Below, one piece after another: positions 61,505 through 64,000 of a stretch of 64,000 nt of DNA (positions within the stretch are counted from its first letter, which is position 1; the number at the start of each line of letters is the position of its first letter). Origin of the DNA: Microbotryum violaceum (lineage: Eukaryota). The notes beneath the pieces were generated by a model that did no database searches, was not told the origin of the DNA, and saw only the letters and a list, made by a program, of their open reading frames with translations. The translations under genes were made by a program, and so were the position numbers. Location of the stretch: assembly GCA_001244265.2 (NCBI GenBank), contig CDLV01000016.1:248001-312000 (forward strand), written 5' to 3'.

Positions 61505-64000
61505 CTACAGCTCCTGTTGAACTTGCGAGTAAAAGGACACGCCGGATATTGCAGCAACTGCACCACTCGGAACAAAACCACAAATCATATATCGTCGCAA
61601 TATAATCTGTTCGTCAGCTCGATCGGGTCCTCCGCATTCGGCTTCGAATGCCCGAGATCGCGGCTCACGGCGGCGACAGAAAGTGCGCGAAGGCCGCTCG
61701 CGAGTGCAGCAACCCCAACTGCTGCAGGGGGCACAGGGCCACAGGCCGGGCGAGCAGAGCACCGACTAACTTACTCTGACTTGTCCTCGATAGGATATCG
61801 CCAAATCGGGTGCAGATCGTATTCAGCTCCGTGGCCAGTGCTGCAGAGGACGTGGGGGGCGGGGGTTCCGTTCATGGAGCAAGGTCAGCGCCAAGCCTTC
61901 AGAGCTTTAGCGGCGCCAGTTATATCGCCGCGATTGCCGCGATCAATAGTTTTGGGCCGCCGGAAAGCACCGGTGAGGTTGAGACCCACCGCAGGCTTGG
62001 GAGGGGGCCCCCGCAAGGTATGGCTTACCACAACTGGGGGAAGGGGCTTGCATCGTGTGCCACGCCACGACACTCCTCCAAGCGAAGCGAGGGACGTACT
62101 GTCTTGCTCCAGTGCTGTGGGTCTCGAGTCGTGTCGCGAAAGTATAGTACGCTCGGTTGTCGTCTGCAGTCGCAAGTTGGCCCCCCACCCGCGCCGAGGA
62201 TCAAGAATTAACTCCGTTCTTGGTTGATATCGACGGTTGGACGACTAAAACGCTCTGAAGCAGCTAGTAGCGCCTCGAGCTATTGCACGCCAAGAGGCCC
62301 CCAGGTCGAGTGGACTGAAGGGGGTATCAAGTGGTAGGGTAAGGACGAATCAGCTGCCGACGAAGAACGGAGTACGTGTCGATCACTTTTTCCAGCTCGC
62401 GTCCGCAGGGTCAGACTGGAGTCTCGGGTCCGACTGTCACCGACGCCAGCTTGAGGCACCCATTTTAGCTTTCTGCACAGATGGACGCCCTCCTAATTGT
62501 TCCGACTGACTGGTCTGGTCAACGTCGGCTCTTCCAGTAGCTCCATACTTCAAGCAAGTTTTTTCCTGTCGACCGCACGAAGGATTGATCGGATGGTGTG
62601 GGCGTTTGATTGGTCATGGGCTATCATTGAAAGGCGATGCGACTCATGAGTTAAGGTGTAGAATAGTCACAGTGGACAGGTCAGAATCCGTGGTGCAGTA
62701 TATCCTACAGGCTGCAAAGTCGAAAATGACGAAAATGACGTAGGGGGCGATTGTCTCGGCGCAACTCGCAAACTCACGACTTTGTCGATTTCTTCCTTCC
62801 GACTAGTGGGGCACTCGTTGGACCAATCGCTGGCGACCGTTGAAGGATCAACCTGCCTGGGTAGGTGCCTGATACCTGCTGTCATCTTCTACTACCGAAG
62901 GCAGCAAGCAGACTTGTTGGGGTCACTCGAGTTAATGGCAGCGTGGAGTGGATGATGGGACACCCTCTATCAGCGCACTGGCCGGGTAAGCAAGCCGCCT
63001 CGGCAGGAGGGCGACGCTCGTGGCTGGTGGGATCCGCTCAGTGTGGCGGTACGGTTGGTACTGGCACCTGCAAACCGCTCGGCGTCAGAATTCCCACCCC
63101 ACATCATGCCTTCCGGTATTGAAGCCAATGACGAATGGAGCAGGATATACTACAGTGTTTCTGCCTCGTAAATATCTCGCCTACACTTGCAATGAACTCC
63201 AGGCGACTTTCCATCGCCTCCGAGCAATGGCCAAGCGATAAAGGTGGTTGCACAGAAGGTGAGAATCGAACAAACTGCTGGCTTCTATCTGTGTGGTTTC
63301 CATTATAGCATATGAAGTTTTGCATTGACTGTACCGGTAACCAAATCTAGCTGCAAACGTCGTGATGATAGTCGACGCGAAGTTCTCGGAGGCTGCGCAA
63401 CTTTAGCCGGTGCGTGGTGACATGGTGACGCTTAGCCCCTAGATTTAGTGCGCACCCATGGCCCACGGCGCAATTTTCTTATGGAGCACTCAAAACGAGG
63501 ATATGAATGATGCGTTTCGATATGGGACACATACCCATGGAGAGAAGCCCTTGTACCCGGCCGGGCCCTGCACGTACCTCGCAGCAGCAGGCATCCCTTC
63601 CCGCCGGGAGGTCCGGTTTTTTTCCACTTATGGCAATAGGTTCAAAGAGGAACGGTAGGTCGATCCTCCTACGTAAGACAGAGTAAAACATGATATTATC
63701 CACTGCAGATCCGGCTGGACGCGACCGGTGCTCAGCCTGTATTAATGTCTGGCGGCCCCGGTCATCACACACCCAATCTGAGCAGCTTGTGTTACACATA
63801 CGTTTTGGGCAGCGGAGCTAGGTGTCTCACCGGCCGAACAGAGGTCCCAAACAGACAGGGCATCGGCCAGCCCGCCGTGAGCCCTCCGTTTGGAGGCAAT
63901 GGGAGCGCTAGCTTCACCAACAGTTTGCAGGGAGCATTTTCAGTGCCAAGTTCACTCAGAGTGCAACACCCACCAAGTGGCGTCTACAGCGAGCCACAGT

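Noticed and set aside
62200-64000. Short ORFs at the window end, possibly transposon remnants
   Set aside because: No RT, integrase or transposase motifs or terminal repeats were recognisable by eye.

Overview
Gene-dense, intron-rich, GC-rich fungal nuclear DNA. The split pattern of the fatty-acid synthase points to a basidiomycete in Pucciniomycotina/Microbotryomycetes (inference). About 20 protein-coding genes can be built by hand. A co-oriented lipid block on the minus strand comes first: PSD2, FAS2 and FAS1. It is followed by an LYRM5/ETFRF1-like gene, a CFEM/GPI cell-surface gene, a His/Pro-rich membrane protein, RPB3, a DEDDh exonuclease, a DUF1917/BLES03-like gene, PEX26, RPL7, SSL1, VTC1, PRP46, an aldo-keto reductase, a Ctr copper transporter, GCD1, a PASK/PIM-like kinase and two uncharacterised loci. 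I recognised no tRNA, rRNA, CRISPR array or intact transposon. Five observations stand out. (1) The FAS is split Rhodotorula-style, but its two halves are adjacent in single-chain domain order and it has one ACP. (2) Both FAS genes appear to have a long first intron carrying the same 14-nt motif near the 3' splice site. (3) The DEDDh exonuclease has an ATG-free, in-frame N-terminal extension resembling a mitochondrial presequence. (4) The CFEM domain is assembled from micro-exons and lacks one Cys pair and the conserved Asp. (5) The aldo-keto reductase has an apparent signal peptide. All exon boundaries and family calls come from reading the sequence and recalling motifs; no database search was run.
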